Shown here piece after piece: positions 29,645 through 39,500 of a DNA stretch of 64,000 nucleotides; the first letter of the stretch is position 1; the number at the start of each line of letters is the position of its first letter. The stretch is from Candidatus Kerfeldbacteria bacterium (GTDB lineage Bacteria > Patescibacteriota > Patescibacteriia > SBBC01 > CAIJZX01), in contig CAIJZX010000015.1 of NCBI GenBank assembly GCA_903825245.1, positions 28,564 to 92,563 on the forward strand. Direction: 5' to 3'. Made by a program: the position numbers and the translations under genes. The notes under the pieces are model-generated. The model saw only the letters and a program-made list of their open reading frames with translations. It did no database searches and was not told the DNA's origin.

Positions 29645-30088
29645 ATGTCCATTCAGGACCAGCTTCATCAAGACTATCTGACGGCTTTTAAAGGTCATGA
29701 TCAGAAAACGGTTGATGCGCTGCGGTTGATGAAGGCGGCCGTTAAGAATGCTGAAATCGAGCTGCGGCATGAGCCGCTTACTGATCCTGAGGTCATCATC
29801 GTCCTGACGCGTGAAGCGAAGCGCCGAAAAGAGTCGATCACGGTCTACCAACAAGGAAAACGCGATGATTTAGCGGCGATTGAAGCGTTAGAACTCACGG
29901 TGATCGAAAAGTATCTTCCGGCGCAAATCAGCGACAGCGATCTAGAATCAGCCGTACAGGCCGTTATCGACGATCTCAAACCAACGGCCAAAGACTTCGG
30001 AAAAGTTATGTCGGCGGTCATGGCCAAAGTTAAAGGCCAAGCCGACGGCAACCGGGTTTCAGCGGCAGTCAAACAACACCTCAAATAA
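29645..30088 (+). CDS. yqeY: GatB/YqeY domain protein
   Basis: KRRKESI, YLPAQ, DFGKVM, GQADG. Confidence 0.92.
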   Translation: MSIQDQLHQDYLTAFKGHDQKTVDALRLMKAAVKNAEIELRHEPLTDPEVIIVLTREAKRRKESITVYQQGKRDDLAAIEALELTVIEKYLPAQISDSDLESAVQAVIDDLKPTAKDFGKVMSAVMAKVKGQADGNRVSAAVKQHLK

Positions 30089-30120
30089 TTTCAATCTAAC
30101 CAAACCGAAAAGTTCATCTG

Positions 30121-33100
30121 ATGCGTCGTTCGCACATGCTTCGACAACGCTCCCTCGCCCTGCTGAGTATCACCTTGATATTCGGAGGGTTAGTGGCGTT
30201 CGTTCACGCTCCTCATGTGCATGCTGCGACGGCGACGACCTATAGCCTCGAGTCGATAGGCGGACAGGTCGGACTTGGGAATGCGGACCTGAAGCAGGTG
30301 ATTATTAATATCATCAAGTGGGCGCTCGGTTTATTAGCGTTGGTGGCCGTGTCCTACATGATCTACGGCGGGTATGTGTGGATGACGGCGGCCGGTAATG
30401 AAGCTCGAGTTGAAAAAGCGAAACAAATTATTCTCCAGGCCGCAATCGGCTTAGTGATTGTGCTTCTTTCCTGGGCGATCGTCTTGTTTGTGACGAAGTC
30501 GTTATTGAATGTGACCACCAATACAGATGCTGGAACGACCTGCACTCCCGGAGTGGACTGCGCTATTCCTCCTGTTACCGGTGATGAATTTGATATCACC
30601 GCTATCAATACCTGTGCTGTGCCGCCAAAGACCTATGAGAATGTACCGCGTTCCAGTTCGGTGTCGATCACCTTTAATACTGATGTCCAAACGACCCCGA
30701 ACTATGTCCAAACGGCCGTCGGCACTGGTGCCGATGATTTACAGATTGTAAAAATATGTACTGATCTAGCCGCTGGTTGCGTCGTCGGTTCTCCTATCGC
30801 ACCAAATCCAGCGCCAATCGACAACCAAGTATATACGTCCGGACCAAAACCGACTGCGACTGCGGCTGATCTACCGCAGAAAGCAGAGTGGGTATTGAAA
30901 GATAATTCGTTAACGTTCTATCACCTTACGTTGGCGCAGTGCAAGGACGGCACGAAAATCGGTCAAACGTGTGCCGCAGATACGGATTGCACGGACCCGG
31001 ACGCCACAACGCACGTCTGTCAAAAAACGGACCGGTATTTTGATGCCAGTTCGACGTACCGAGTCACAATTCCTAAAGATACCAACACCAAGGCACTCAA
31101 AGACGTTCGTGGTCGGGTATTGCAAAGTTGTGGTGTGCCGGGTCTCGGCGGCGCGATCGATCATTGTACCAGTGATGCTAACAATTTTTATTACACGTTC
31201 ACGACTGGAACCGATACATCAGGTCCGGCGTTCGATGTTGTCAATACCGCGCCGTCGTCGGCATACATCGAAGACACAACGTTAACAGTTGATCGGAATG
31301 TTCCGCGATCAGAAATTCTGTCCATTAATTTTTCGGGCGGCGTCGATCCAGCGTCGGTAACAACGGATAATTTCCGTGTCTATAAAATTACTAACACCCC
31401 AACAAATCTCAACGATGGAACGTGTACGGGTCCTGGACCAGCTTTTGCCCATATCAACTGTCCAGAAACAACAGTTGATCCCAATGATTTCAATATCCGC
31501 GTCAGCGCTTCAGGGCAAGGCATCGTTCTGCAGTACAAAGACCCAACAAAATGGTTTGACGCCTATACCTGGTATCGCGTGGACGTTAAAGATATTCTGA
31601 ACCTTTGCGGAACGAGCGCGAAGCGATCGTGGGTGTTTGAAACGAATAACGTCACGCCCGGTGTCGAGTATGTCTATCCAAATACCGGCTTTGGTTTTTC
31701 CTGTCCGAGTACCGATGTCTACGCACAATTTACTACGTCGATGATGAATATTGCGGCGAGTACGAGTTCGTGTTTTACCGGCAACGCAACGTCGTTCAAT
31801 ACGCAATTAGAAATGTATAAATATACGGCGCCCGTGGGCATGATTACACCCCGGTTGAATTGGAAATTTGATCAACCGCCAGTGGGAGCAACGGATCCAA
31901 ATAATTACTGTAAACACTTGTGGTATGATCCGACGACCGATAGTCTGCCAATCGATTCGGAGCTTGGGATTAGTATTACTACTGATCGGGCAAAAGATGC
32001 CGCTGGTACCAAGCTAACCTATGGTGACACAGTTCCCGGTCCAATGCCGACGAGTGATCCGGTTGGGAGCTGGCACTTTATGGTGAAAAAACCTGGTGAA
32101 TGCGCAAATGCGCCAGTGGTACAATCAGTTTCCCCAGGGGTAGACGCCAATGGTGCTTGTATTTCGGTGCTAGGAAAATACTTTACCGATCCGGCGAAAC
32201 CGGCGCCCGGGACGACCTATCCGCGTGCGATTGATACGTTGGATTTATCATCAAAAGTTCAAGGTCTTTCAACGATTAAGTCGTGGACAGACAACACGAT
32301 TGTTAATCGATTAGATGCGGGGACGGGTGCTGGAGCGCTTACACCAAATGCAGGAAGTGATCCAGCGACCTATTACAATTATAAAGTTGGCGTAAAGTAT
32401 GATGCGCCGATTGGTCTTTTAGAGAGCCAGGTAACTCCTAGCAGTCATTTCCAGCTGAAGGCAGGCGCAGCTTCAAACCGCCCGTGTTTAACTTCAGTCA
32501 TTCCAGATCAAGGTTACGCGGGTGTAACGAAATTTGAAGCAAATGGTGAAAATTTTGGTACGGCGACCGGATCCATCGTTACCAATAACGCCACCGATTG
32601 GGTGCAAAGCCCGGCGACCCCGTGGATTCCCACCAAGGTAGAAAATATCCTGGTCAAGGCTAGTGCTGTTCCAATGACAACGGCGGTGCAAATAAAAAAT
32701 GCCGACGGCATCAGCAATGCAGTAAATTTCGAGGTGTTGCCGCCGGCAACTCCGGGAACGAATCCGGCGCCGGAAGTAATTACCGATACGACCTGTAACT
32801 TGGCAGGCGGGACGATACCCAGTCCGAACCCGGTAAACGGCGACACTATAGCTTGTAAAAATTCAGAAATTACCGTTCGTTTTACCACCAATCTAGATTC
32901 GAGTACGGTCAATTCTGGCACTGTGCAGGTGGTATCGGCGGGTCCAGTAATTCCGCTTTCTATAACCACGGTCGGCAATCTGGTGACCATAAAGCCAACG
33001 ATCATTACAGACATGTTTACCTCGGGTCAAACATACTCCGTAACCCTAACGACGGGTATTAAATCAACAGCGGGCGTGGCGATGACGGCGCCGTACCCAT

Positions 33101-36100
33101 GGTCGTTTCGGATTGACACGAGTGGCGACGTCTGTCACGTAACGAACGTGGAGTTGAATCCGAATGGAACGCAGCGCACCAATAATCCAAACTACTACCC
33201 GCCGATCAGTATTTCGGCGCTACCTACGGATACATCGTGTCATACACTAACTGCGTCGGGGAGTACGACCTGGACAAATTCCAAGCCAGCCGTCGGGACG
33301 ATTAATACGACGACGTCTGCTCAATCAAATATTCTCACGGCGCCGGCTGCAGGCGCGGCGTATAGTTCGACGACAGTTACCGCCAAAATACAATCAATCA
33401 CCAGCGCCCCAGGATTTACCCTGGAAGTGAGTCCGACCGGTTGCGCCTCGACGTCGGATTGTTTGAAGAATCGATTCGGCGCTTCTTGTAATGGTTCAAT
33501 GTGTCAGGGTGGACAATGTACGCCGGTGGTGAATAGCATAGTGCCGAATGTTGGGCCGGTCGGTGAATGGACAACGCTTAATGGTTGCTGGTTCGGAGCG
33601 TACGTGTTGGGTGCCAGCAAGGTGAATTTCTCTCCGTCAACTACCGACCCGTCTTCACCAGGTACCGAGGCTGATACTCCGGACGCTCTTATTTGTGGCA
33701 ACACCTGGACGAATGAACAGATTATCCGCATTGTTCCGCCGACCGCCGCGACAGGACCCATTCAGGTGATTCGCGGTGCGGATGGCTTCAAATCAACCGT
33801 TCTCGCTACCGGCGTACCGATCGGTTGGGGGGCTACCTTGGCTACGCAATCGACCGATGTGCCGACAGGTCACACAGGTTTTTCGGGAATGGCGGATGCG
33901 CCTAGCGGTGGACCTCAAGCATGGCTCGCTCAAGAGTTGCCGGGAACAAATACCGTTGGTGCGAAATATCATGTGATCGGTTGGGTTAAGGGGACTATTG
34001 TAGGAGGGTCAACAGCTGGTCTTATCACACGGTGTTCGGCAGATGTTGTTGGTGAAACCTGTGGGTACGATCTCTTGGGGGCTGCTCCAGGACTTCTCCT
34101 ATCAACGACCGGGTGGAAAAAGATAGATTTCTACATTACCAATAGCAATCCGGCGGATAATGATAAAAATATTTCGATTGACTGTTTTGCTAATCCAGGA
34201 AGTAAAATCTACTGCGACGATATCACCGTTACTAATGCGGATACTGGCGCGGTAGTGCCGGTCAATAACCCAAGTTTTGAAACGACAACGCCAATTTTTA
34301 CCGTCAATACTGCCGCCGTTGACCCGGGTATTTGTAAAATTGATCCTGTCTTCGGTCAGCAAGGCTCAGGCTTCAAGGTTTCCGGTAGCGCCTCACTCAT
34401 ATCAGCGGCTGGTACGCCGAGAAAATTCAGCTTTACAAATGGAGCAACCGTCGATGATGATGAAACTACCGCATTGCCGTGGACGACAACGACCGTGAAC
34501 GGTAAGGTACCGGGCACAGCAACACTCGGGTCAAATGAGGTGACGGCTACCATCAACGGAAAAACAAGTAATCCGCTACAGTACTCGGTGGATCCAGCAA
34601 CTTGTGCGCAAACCTGTAATACCGATGCGGAGTGCAATGTTGTGGGCAGCGATATTAATGGTTGTGGAACTCCCCAGGCGGCACTCGGTGGTTTAGGTTG
34701 CTGCGCGACACGGCCGAAAATTTCCTCTACGAATCCGGCGCAAGGGGCAACAAATATTTGTCTCAACCCGGCACCAAAAATTACGTTTGACCAACCGCTT
34801 GATCCATCAACTATTACCGCCGGACCATCAGGTACGGTGCAATACAAAGATGGATCACGGAGCGTTAACGGTACGGTGAGTTACCGAACAACAGCTACGA
34901 ACGAAGGGGAAATAACCTATTATCCTGGACTCTTATCAGCAAATAGTGCTCAGTCGATGTCATTTATATCATATGTTCCCGATCCTGGGACGACGTTGAT
35001 AGTTAAAAATCCAAGTTTTGAAACCCTGACGTCGGGGGGAGCACTTGACCCATGGAATGGATTCTCATCGCGAATTACACAGGCTGACCCGGCGCCGGGA
35101 CAACCGGTAGGATCGCATTCGGGGTTGGCTGATAATTCTGCTAGTTCTAGTGGTCAGGTGGCTTTGGCCCAAAATATTGCCAATACGAACGTCGTTGGAA
35201 CGACCTATCGCGTGACCGGCTGGGTAAAGGTGGGACATGTGAGCGGATCTGAAGTTGCCGGGTTAATTACACGATGTAGTGACGGTTCCGCCTGCGGATT
35301 TGATCTTTTTGGTCAGGCGCCGGGACTTTGGGGCGCGAGTAATAGTTTATCGGATTGGACTAAACTCGACTTCATGGTAACAAAAACGAGTGGTTTACCA
35401 AGCGTTAACCTTAACATTGATTGTTTCGCTAATGCGAAAAATAAAATCTGGTGTGACGATATCACGGTCACCAAAATGATCCCCAGTTTGATACCGAATG
35501 CTATCCGCGGTGCAAATGGCGTAGCGGCGGATGTAACTGGTTCACCGTTGACGTTTACCACGAACGCTACCATGTGTACGCCCGATAAGGTTAAAATTAC
35601 CCCCGTCAGCAAAAAGTTTGTTTCATCAGCTGATGCAACGTTTTCTGCGAAAATATATACTTCCGACGACGTTGAATTTTCCCCACTGCCCGGGCTGACA
35701 TTGGAATGGACATGGCTGAGTAGTACGCCGACGGTTGCCTCGGTTACTAAAATAGTGGCAACGCCGAATACCGCCACTGTTCATCCGGTTGTGAATGGCG
35801 CCACGACGATTACCGCGACGACAAAAGTAAGTGTAGCGCCTGGCAGTGTAGCAGCTGGCGCTTTGGATGCATCAATAAATGGACGCGAGATAAGTGGCCA
35901 ATCAGATGTTCAAGTAAAATTCTGTGCGAGTCCGTGGTCGTTTAGCGATACAGATTCAAACTGTGACACTGGTGGAACCTGCGAAGCTTTTAATTTCTCG
36001 ACGGATTACTGCGGTGACACTAGCGGAGCACCACTGCCGTCATTTTCCTACGAAGGCACTCTCCCCGGAATCGGTTCGATTGAAGGGGCGAACCTGGTTG

Positions 36101-37068
36101 ACACTACCCGATTGAAGAGCTACTTCTTTAAGGAGTCGGGGGTTAGTCGTGATACGATCGGGCTGCTCATCTTTAAAAATGATAACTTCCTGTCGCCGCA
36201 CGATTGGTTTACGCAGCGCTTCCCACTTGATTCTAGTGCTTCGTCAACCACGGTGGCGGGGTATCCGGCGGTGAAGTCGGGGACGACAACGTATATTGGT
36301 GTGACCGACTTATGGCACAATCCTGCAACAGGTAATGACGAATTGCGCGGGTTAATGTTCGTCTTCGACTACAATTCAAATAATGCTAGTCCGGAAACAG
36401 TAAATATCGCAGATCAATTACTGAGTGGCCTGCAGTTTAATACGAATTTCTCCGACTCCACCCAAAAAGCTCAGGTTATTCGCGACACGCTTCGCCGCCA
36501 GGATCTTACCTCGATGAAATTATCACTTGAGGCGTATAAGACGAAGAATGGCGCATATCCGGCTTTATCGGCGGGGTCGTATATTCCGGGGTTTTCGACG
36601 TCGGCGTGGCCGTCATGGCAATCAACACTTGGTAGTGCACTCGGTACAACAATCCCGACCGATCCAGTCAATTTGTTTGTTCGGCACTGCGTGGCGGATC
36701 CGACGAGAGCCTGTCGGGTCAAAAATGACTGTACATATATGTCCGCAGGTCGTATGGTGCAAGATACCTGTGGCACGGTGTCGGCTTGTGTATCTTCGGC
36801 TACTGATTCACATGAATCATCGACGTGCTGGTCGGAACCGGACAAGAATTTCCAATGCCCAACAAGTTCCGCGGTAAATATGTTCGGCGACACGATTGGC
36901 GGTTCACAACTCTACGCGTACCGTGCGCAAGGTGGTGGTGTCGATTTGTATACGACTATGGAATACCGCGGTGCCGGTTCGTTTATTCCCGCTGTTTTAC
37001 CAACTGGAATTTGTGCCGCTCCAAACGCCTGCGACTGTTTTAACTACTCGATGCATATTGGCTCATAA
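30121..37068 (+). CDS. Giant Cys-rich surface protein: VirB2/TrbC-like pilin N-terminus, Ig-like and IPT/TIG repeats, two CBM-like inserts, GspG-like C-terminal domain
   Basis: IYGGYVWMTAAGNEARVEKAKQII..AAIGL; ITF..VDP.SV Ig motifs; RDTLRRQDL..LEAY...GAYP..PTDP. Confidence 0.8.
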   Translation: MRRSHMLRQRSLALLSITLIFGGLVAFVHAPHVHAATATTYSLESIGGQVGLGNADLKQVIINIIKWALGLLALVAVSYMIYGGYVWMTAAGNEARVEKAKQIILQAAIGLVIVLLSWAIVLFVTKSLLNVTTNTDAGTTCTPGVDCAIPPVTGDEFDITAINTCAVPPKTYENVPRSSSVSITFNTDVQTTPNYVQTAVGTGADDLQIVKICTDLAAGCVVGSPIAPNPAPIDNQVYTSGPKPTATAADLPQKAEWVLKDNSLTFYHLTLAQCKDGTKIGQTCAADTDCTDPDATTHVCQKTDRYFDASSTYRVTIPKDTNTKALKDVRGRVLQSCGVPGLGGAIDHCTSDANNFYYTFTTGTDTSGPAFDVVNTAPSSAYIEDTTLTVDRNVPRSEILSINFSGGVDPASVTTDNFRVYKITNTPTNLNDGTCTGPGPAFAHINCPETTVDPNDFNIRVSASGQGIVLQYKDPTKWFDAYTWYRVDVKDILNLCGTSAKRSWVFETNNVTPGVEYVYPNTGFGFSCPSTDVYAQFTTSMMNIAASTSSCFTGNATSFNTQLEMYKYTAPVGMITPRLNWKFDQPPVGATDPNNYCKHLWYDPTTDSLPIDSELGISITTDRAKDAAGTKLTYGDTVPGPMPTSDPVGSWHFMVKKPGECANAPVVQSVSPGVDANGACISVLGKYFTDPAKPAPGTTYPRAIDTLDLSSKVQGLSTIKSWTDNTIVNRLDAGTGAGALTPNAGSDPATYYNYKVGVKYDAPIGLLESQVTPSSHFQLKAGAASNRPCLTSVIPDQGYAGVTKFEANGENFGTATGSIVTNNATDWVQSPATPWIPTKVENILVKASAVPMTTAVQIKNADGISNAVNFEVLPPATPGTNPAPEVITDTTCNLAGGTIPSPNPVNGDTIACKNSEITVRFTTNLDSSTVNSGTVQVVSAGPVIPLSITTVGNLVTIKPTIITDMFTSGQTYSVTLTTGIKSTAGVAMTAPYPWSFRIDTSGDVCHVTNVELNPNGTQRTNNPNYYPPISISALPTDTSCHTLTASGSTTWTNSKPAVGTINTTTSAQSNILTAPAAGAAYSSTTVTAKIQSITSAPGFTLEVSPTGCASTSDCLKNRFGASCNGSMCQGGQCTPVVNSIVPNVGPVGEWTTLNGCWFGAYVLGASKVNFSPSTTDPSSPGTEADTPDALICGNTWTNEQIIRIVPPTAATGPIQVIRGADGFKSTVLATGVPIGWGATLATQSTDVPTGHTGFSGMADAPSGGPQAWLAQELPGTNTVGAKYHVIGWVKGTIVGGSTAGLITRCSADVVGETCGYDLLGAAPGLLLSTTGWKKIDFYITNSNPADNDKNISIDCFANPGSKIYCDDITVTNADTGAVVPVNNPSFETTTPIFTVNTAAVDPGICKIDPVFGQQGSGFKVSGSASLISAAGTPRKFSFTNGATVDDDETTALPWTTTTVNGKVPGTATLGSNEVTATINGKTSNPLQYSVDPATCAQTCNTDAECNVVGSDINGCGTPQAALGGLGCCATRPKISSTNPAQGATNICLNPAPKITFDQPLDPSTITAGPSGTVQYKDGSRSVNGTVSYRTTATNEGEITYYPGLLSANSAQSMSFISYVPDPGTTLIVKNPSFETLTSGGALDPWNGFSSRITQADPAPGQPVGSHSGLADNSASSSGQVALAQNIANTNVVGTTYRVTGWVKVGHVSGSEVAGLITRCSDGSACGFDLFGQAPGLWGASNSLSDWTKLDFMVTKTSGLPSVNLNIDCFANAKNKIWCDDITVTKMIPSLIPNAIRGANGVAADVTGSPLTFTTNATMCTPDKVKITPVSKKFVSSADATFSAKIYTSDDVEFSPLPGLTLEWTWLSSTPTVASVTKIVATPNTATVHPVVNGATTITATTKVSVAPGSVAAGALDASINGREISGQSDVQVKFCASPWSFSDTDSNCDTGGTCEAFNFSTDYCGDTSGAPLPSFSYEGTLPGIGSIEGANLVDTTRLKSYFFKESGVSRDTIGLLIFKNDNFLSPHDWFTQRFPLDSSASSTTVAGYPAVKSGTTTYIGVTDLWHNPATGNDELRGLMFVFDYNSNNASPETVNIADQLLSGLQFNTNFSDSTQKAQVIRDTLRRQDLTSMKLSLEAYKTKNGAYPALSAGSYIPGFSTSAWPSWQSTLGSALGTTIPTDPVNLFVRHCVADPTRACRVKNDCTYMSAGRMVQDTCGTVSACVSSATDSHESSTCWSEPDKNFQCPTSSAVNMFGDTIGGSQLYAYRAQGGGVDLYTTMEYRGAGSFIPAVLPTGICAAPNACDCFNYSMHIGS

Positions 37069-37070
37069 CT

Positions 37071-37409
37071 ATGCCTGACGAACCATCATTGCCAATCTTA
37101 CCGACCGATGCCACGCCATCGTGGTTTGCGCGAAATCGGAAAATCGTTATACTAGGAGGACTTGTTCTTGTGCTGGCGGTGTTAGCGGTCTTCAGCTTCT
37201 TCTGGCGTTCTCAAGCAACAACGAATACGATAGTGAATAAAGCGGCCACGGTGAATGCAACAAACACGGGTTCGGATACTCAGTCGGATCGGACGACGTT
37301 TCAACGATCGACGGTCTCGACGACACCTGGTGCGCCGGTAAAAGCCTATGCTCCGCCGACGACGCAAGATCTTCAACAAGCGATTCAGCAACGCCAAGCG
37401 ACTAAATAA
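37071..37409 (+). CDS. Hypothetical single-TM protein
   Basis: TM helix plus Thr/Asn-rich tail. Confidence 0.65.
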   Translation: MPDEPSLPILPTDATPSWFARNRKIVILGGLVLVLAVLAVFSFFWRSQATTNTIVNKAATVNATNTGSDTQSDRTTFQRSTVSTTPGAPVKAYAPPTTQDLQQAIQQRQATK

Positions 37410-37447
37410 TTTCTTTCGTAGTTCTCATCAACATCAACGCCAAGCCT

Positions 37448-38593
37448 ATGTTTGAACAAAATACTCCACCACAACCGCAGTCGCCGAATCCTTTAAATCC
37501 GGTTATGCCGGGTGCCGGATTGCCTAGCCAGCAAATGCCGCCACCGATGCCGACACAACCGGTAACATCTGCTCAGCCGCTGGTACATACGATGCCGGAA
37601 CGGTTTCGTACGGCTGGTTCCGCTCCGGGCGGCCCAAAGAGTGGCTCGAGCACAACGAAAAAACTGATGATCACACTGGTAATCGTGCTCGTGGTCGCCG
37701 GGTTAGGTGTGGCTGGCTTATTTATCTTTACGAAGATGGTGAATAAGAATACGACCAATACGGCAAATACCAATGCCGCGGTAGCTCTTAACACGAACAG
37801 TGTGGCAACGAACGGGAATGGAAACGTGAATACTGTAACCAATAGCGTATTGAATACGAACAGTACGGACGCGAACACGTCGACCAATCTCAACACCAAC
37901 ACGGTTAGTAACGACAATACCAATACGGTCAGCAATGATAATACGAATGCGGTGGTGAGTAACACCAATACGAGTACAAATACGAACACCTCGGGCACGG
38001 TGACACTACAAAAATCGAGTGCCGATGCCGATAGCGACGGACTAACTGATGTCGAAGAAGCGGTGTATGGTACGGATGTTCATAATCCCGATACGGACGG
38101 TGATACATTTATCGATGGTCGTCAGGTTCGAGCTGATGGTACAGAAATCGGCGAACTGGTGGGGTTATATAACCCAAAGGGCACTGGTACATTAGAAGCA
38201 TCCGGGATCGTCAAGCGCGTAGAGAATGCCTCAAAAACCTATAGTCTTCTCGTGCCGACGACATGGACCACAAATGAATCCGCGAACGTATTAGTCATCA
38301 CGCCTGCCACACAGACCGGAGAATTTTTCCAAGTCCATACTTACGACAACACAAGTGCATTGACGGCACAGCAGTGGTACGTGGCGAATAATCCGCAAGC
38401 CCAGACCAGTCTCTTGAAGTCAGGGACGGTGAATGGGTTAGAAACGTTAACCAGTGAGGATGGTTTGACAGTATTCTTCTTCAAGGGGACAAAAGTTTAC
38501 GGAGTGAATTACACTACCGGTGGACTGTCATTGGTGAACTACCTGACCACCTTCGAAATGATGACCAAGAGTTTCAAACTCGTTGCCGCATAA
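37448..38593 (+). CDS. Membrane-anchored protein with Asn-Thr linker and TSP3-like Ca-binding repeat
   Basis: Pro-rich N-terminus, TM, NTN repeats, DADSDGLTDVEE..GTD..NPDTDGD. Confidence 0.8.
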   Translation: MFEQNTPPQPQSPNPLNPVMPGAGLPSQQMPPPMPTQPVTSAQPLVHTMPERFRTAGSAPGGPKSGSSTTKKLMITLVIVLVVAGLGVAGLFIFTKMVNKNTTNTANTNAAVALNTNSVATNGNGNVNTVTNSVLNTNSTDANTSTNLNTNTVSNDNTNTVSNDNTNAVVSNTNTSTNTNTSGTVTLQKSSADADSDGLTDVEEAVYGTDVHNPDTDGDTFIDGRQVRADGTEIGELVGLYNPKGTGTLEASGIVKRVENASKTYSLLVPTTWTTNESANVLVITPATQTGEFFQVHTYDNTSALTAQQWYVANNPQAQTSLLKSGTVNGLETLTSEDGLTVFFFKGTKVYGVNYTTGGLSLVNYLTTFEMMTKSFKLVAA

Positions 38594-39014
38594 CGTCCGT
38601 TCATCGACAACAGTGACTGTACTTACTCCAGCCGGGGTGAGTACTGACAGTATCCGCCGTTGGGCGCTTCGCGCCCGGCGGCGGCTCGGTGTTGTTGGCC
38701 GGATATCTATCACGATTGTTCCGCCCATTGAAAGCAAGCGCTTGAACATGCGCTATCGTCGGAAACGACGACCAACGAATGTGTTGTCGTTTGATTATGC
38801 GCACGACAGTGAGCAGCGCGGTGATAGTATCATCGATGGCGAGGTTATACTCTGTCCAGAGGTGATACGACGAGAAGCGGTAGAGCAGGGTGAGACGTAT
38901 CGACAACGCTTACAGTTTCTCTTGGAGCACGGACTTATTCATCTGCTTGGACTTGACCATGGCACCGCCCTGGAACAACAGCAATGGGAGCGGCAAGAAC
39001 AGCGACTTGTATGA
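38583..39014 (+). CDS. ybeY: rRNA maturation endoribonuclease YbeY
   Basis: LNMRYRRKRRPTNVLSF, HGLIHLLGLDH. Confidence 0.9.
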   Translation: MPHNVRSSTTVTVLTPAGVSTDSIRRWALRARRRLGVVGRISITIVPPIESKRLNMRYRRKRRPTNVLSFDYAHDSEQRGDSIIDGEVILCPEVIRREAVEQGETYRQRLQFLLEHGLIHLLGLDHGTALEQQQWERQEQRLV

Positions 39015-39385
39015 CCACGATTAATTTTCCGCGATTTGTCCGGAGTTTGCGCCACGCGTTGCACGGTTTAGTGCACGCCTTTCAGAATGAGAATAATTTT
39101 CGTATTCACGTAATCATCGGCGCCGTAGTGACGATTGCTGCGATTGCTGCTCGAATACCACGAACCGAGGCTATTGATCTCGTCTTGGTTATTGCCTCCA
39201 TACTTATCCTAGAGCTCGTTAATACCATTGTTGAGCGGTTTGCTGATTTACTTGAGCCGCGAATCCATCCCTACGTGCATATCATCAAAGATTTAATGGC
39301 AGCCAGCGTGGTGGTGGCTGTGGTGGCTGCGATAGTCGTCGGTGTTCTGATTTTTTGGCCGGTGATGATGAGTATTTTTGGGTAG
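39011..39385 (+). CDS. dgkA: Diacylglycerol/undecaprenol kinase
   Basis: ENNFRIH, ELVNTIVE, IKDLMAA. Confidence 0.88.
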   Translation: MTTINFPRFVRSLRHALHGLVHAFQNENNFRIHVIIGAVVTIAAIAARIPRTEAIDLVLVIASILILELVNTIVERFADLLEPRIHPYVHIIKDLMAASVVVAVVAAIVVGVLIFWPVMMSIFG

Positions 39386-39395
39386 GAGTTGCCAC

Positions 39396-39414
39396 TGAAC
39401 ACTAAAAGTGTTCA
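39396..39414. promoter_or_regulatory. Palindromic motif upstream of ftsA
   Basis: TGAACAC-TAAAA-GTGTTCA; near-identical copy at 40746. Confidence 0.6.
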
Positions 39415-39421
39415 ACTCATG

Positions 39422-39430
39422 TTATCCACA
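39422..39430 (+). promoter_or_regulatory. DnaA box
   Basis: TTATCCACA; 1-mismatch copy at 39461-39469. Confidence 0.55.
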
Positions 39431-39500
39431 GCCTTCGTTTTTCCTGGTACATGGTGTATACTATCCACACGTAATGCTTGAGAAAAAATAGGATTTGCCC

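Noticed and set aside
37880-37950. Tandem repeat AACACGGTTAGTAACGACAATACC-like
   Set aside because: It is a coding NTVSNDNT duplication within a low-complexity linker.
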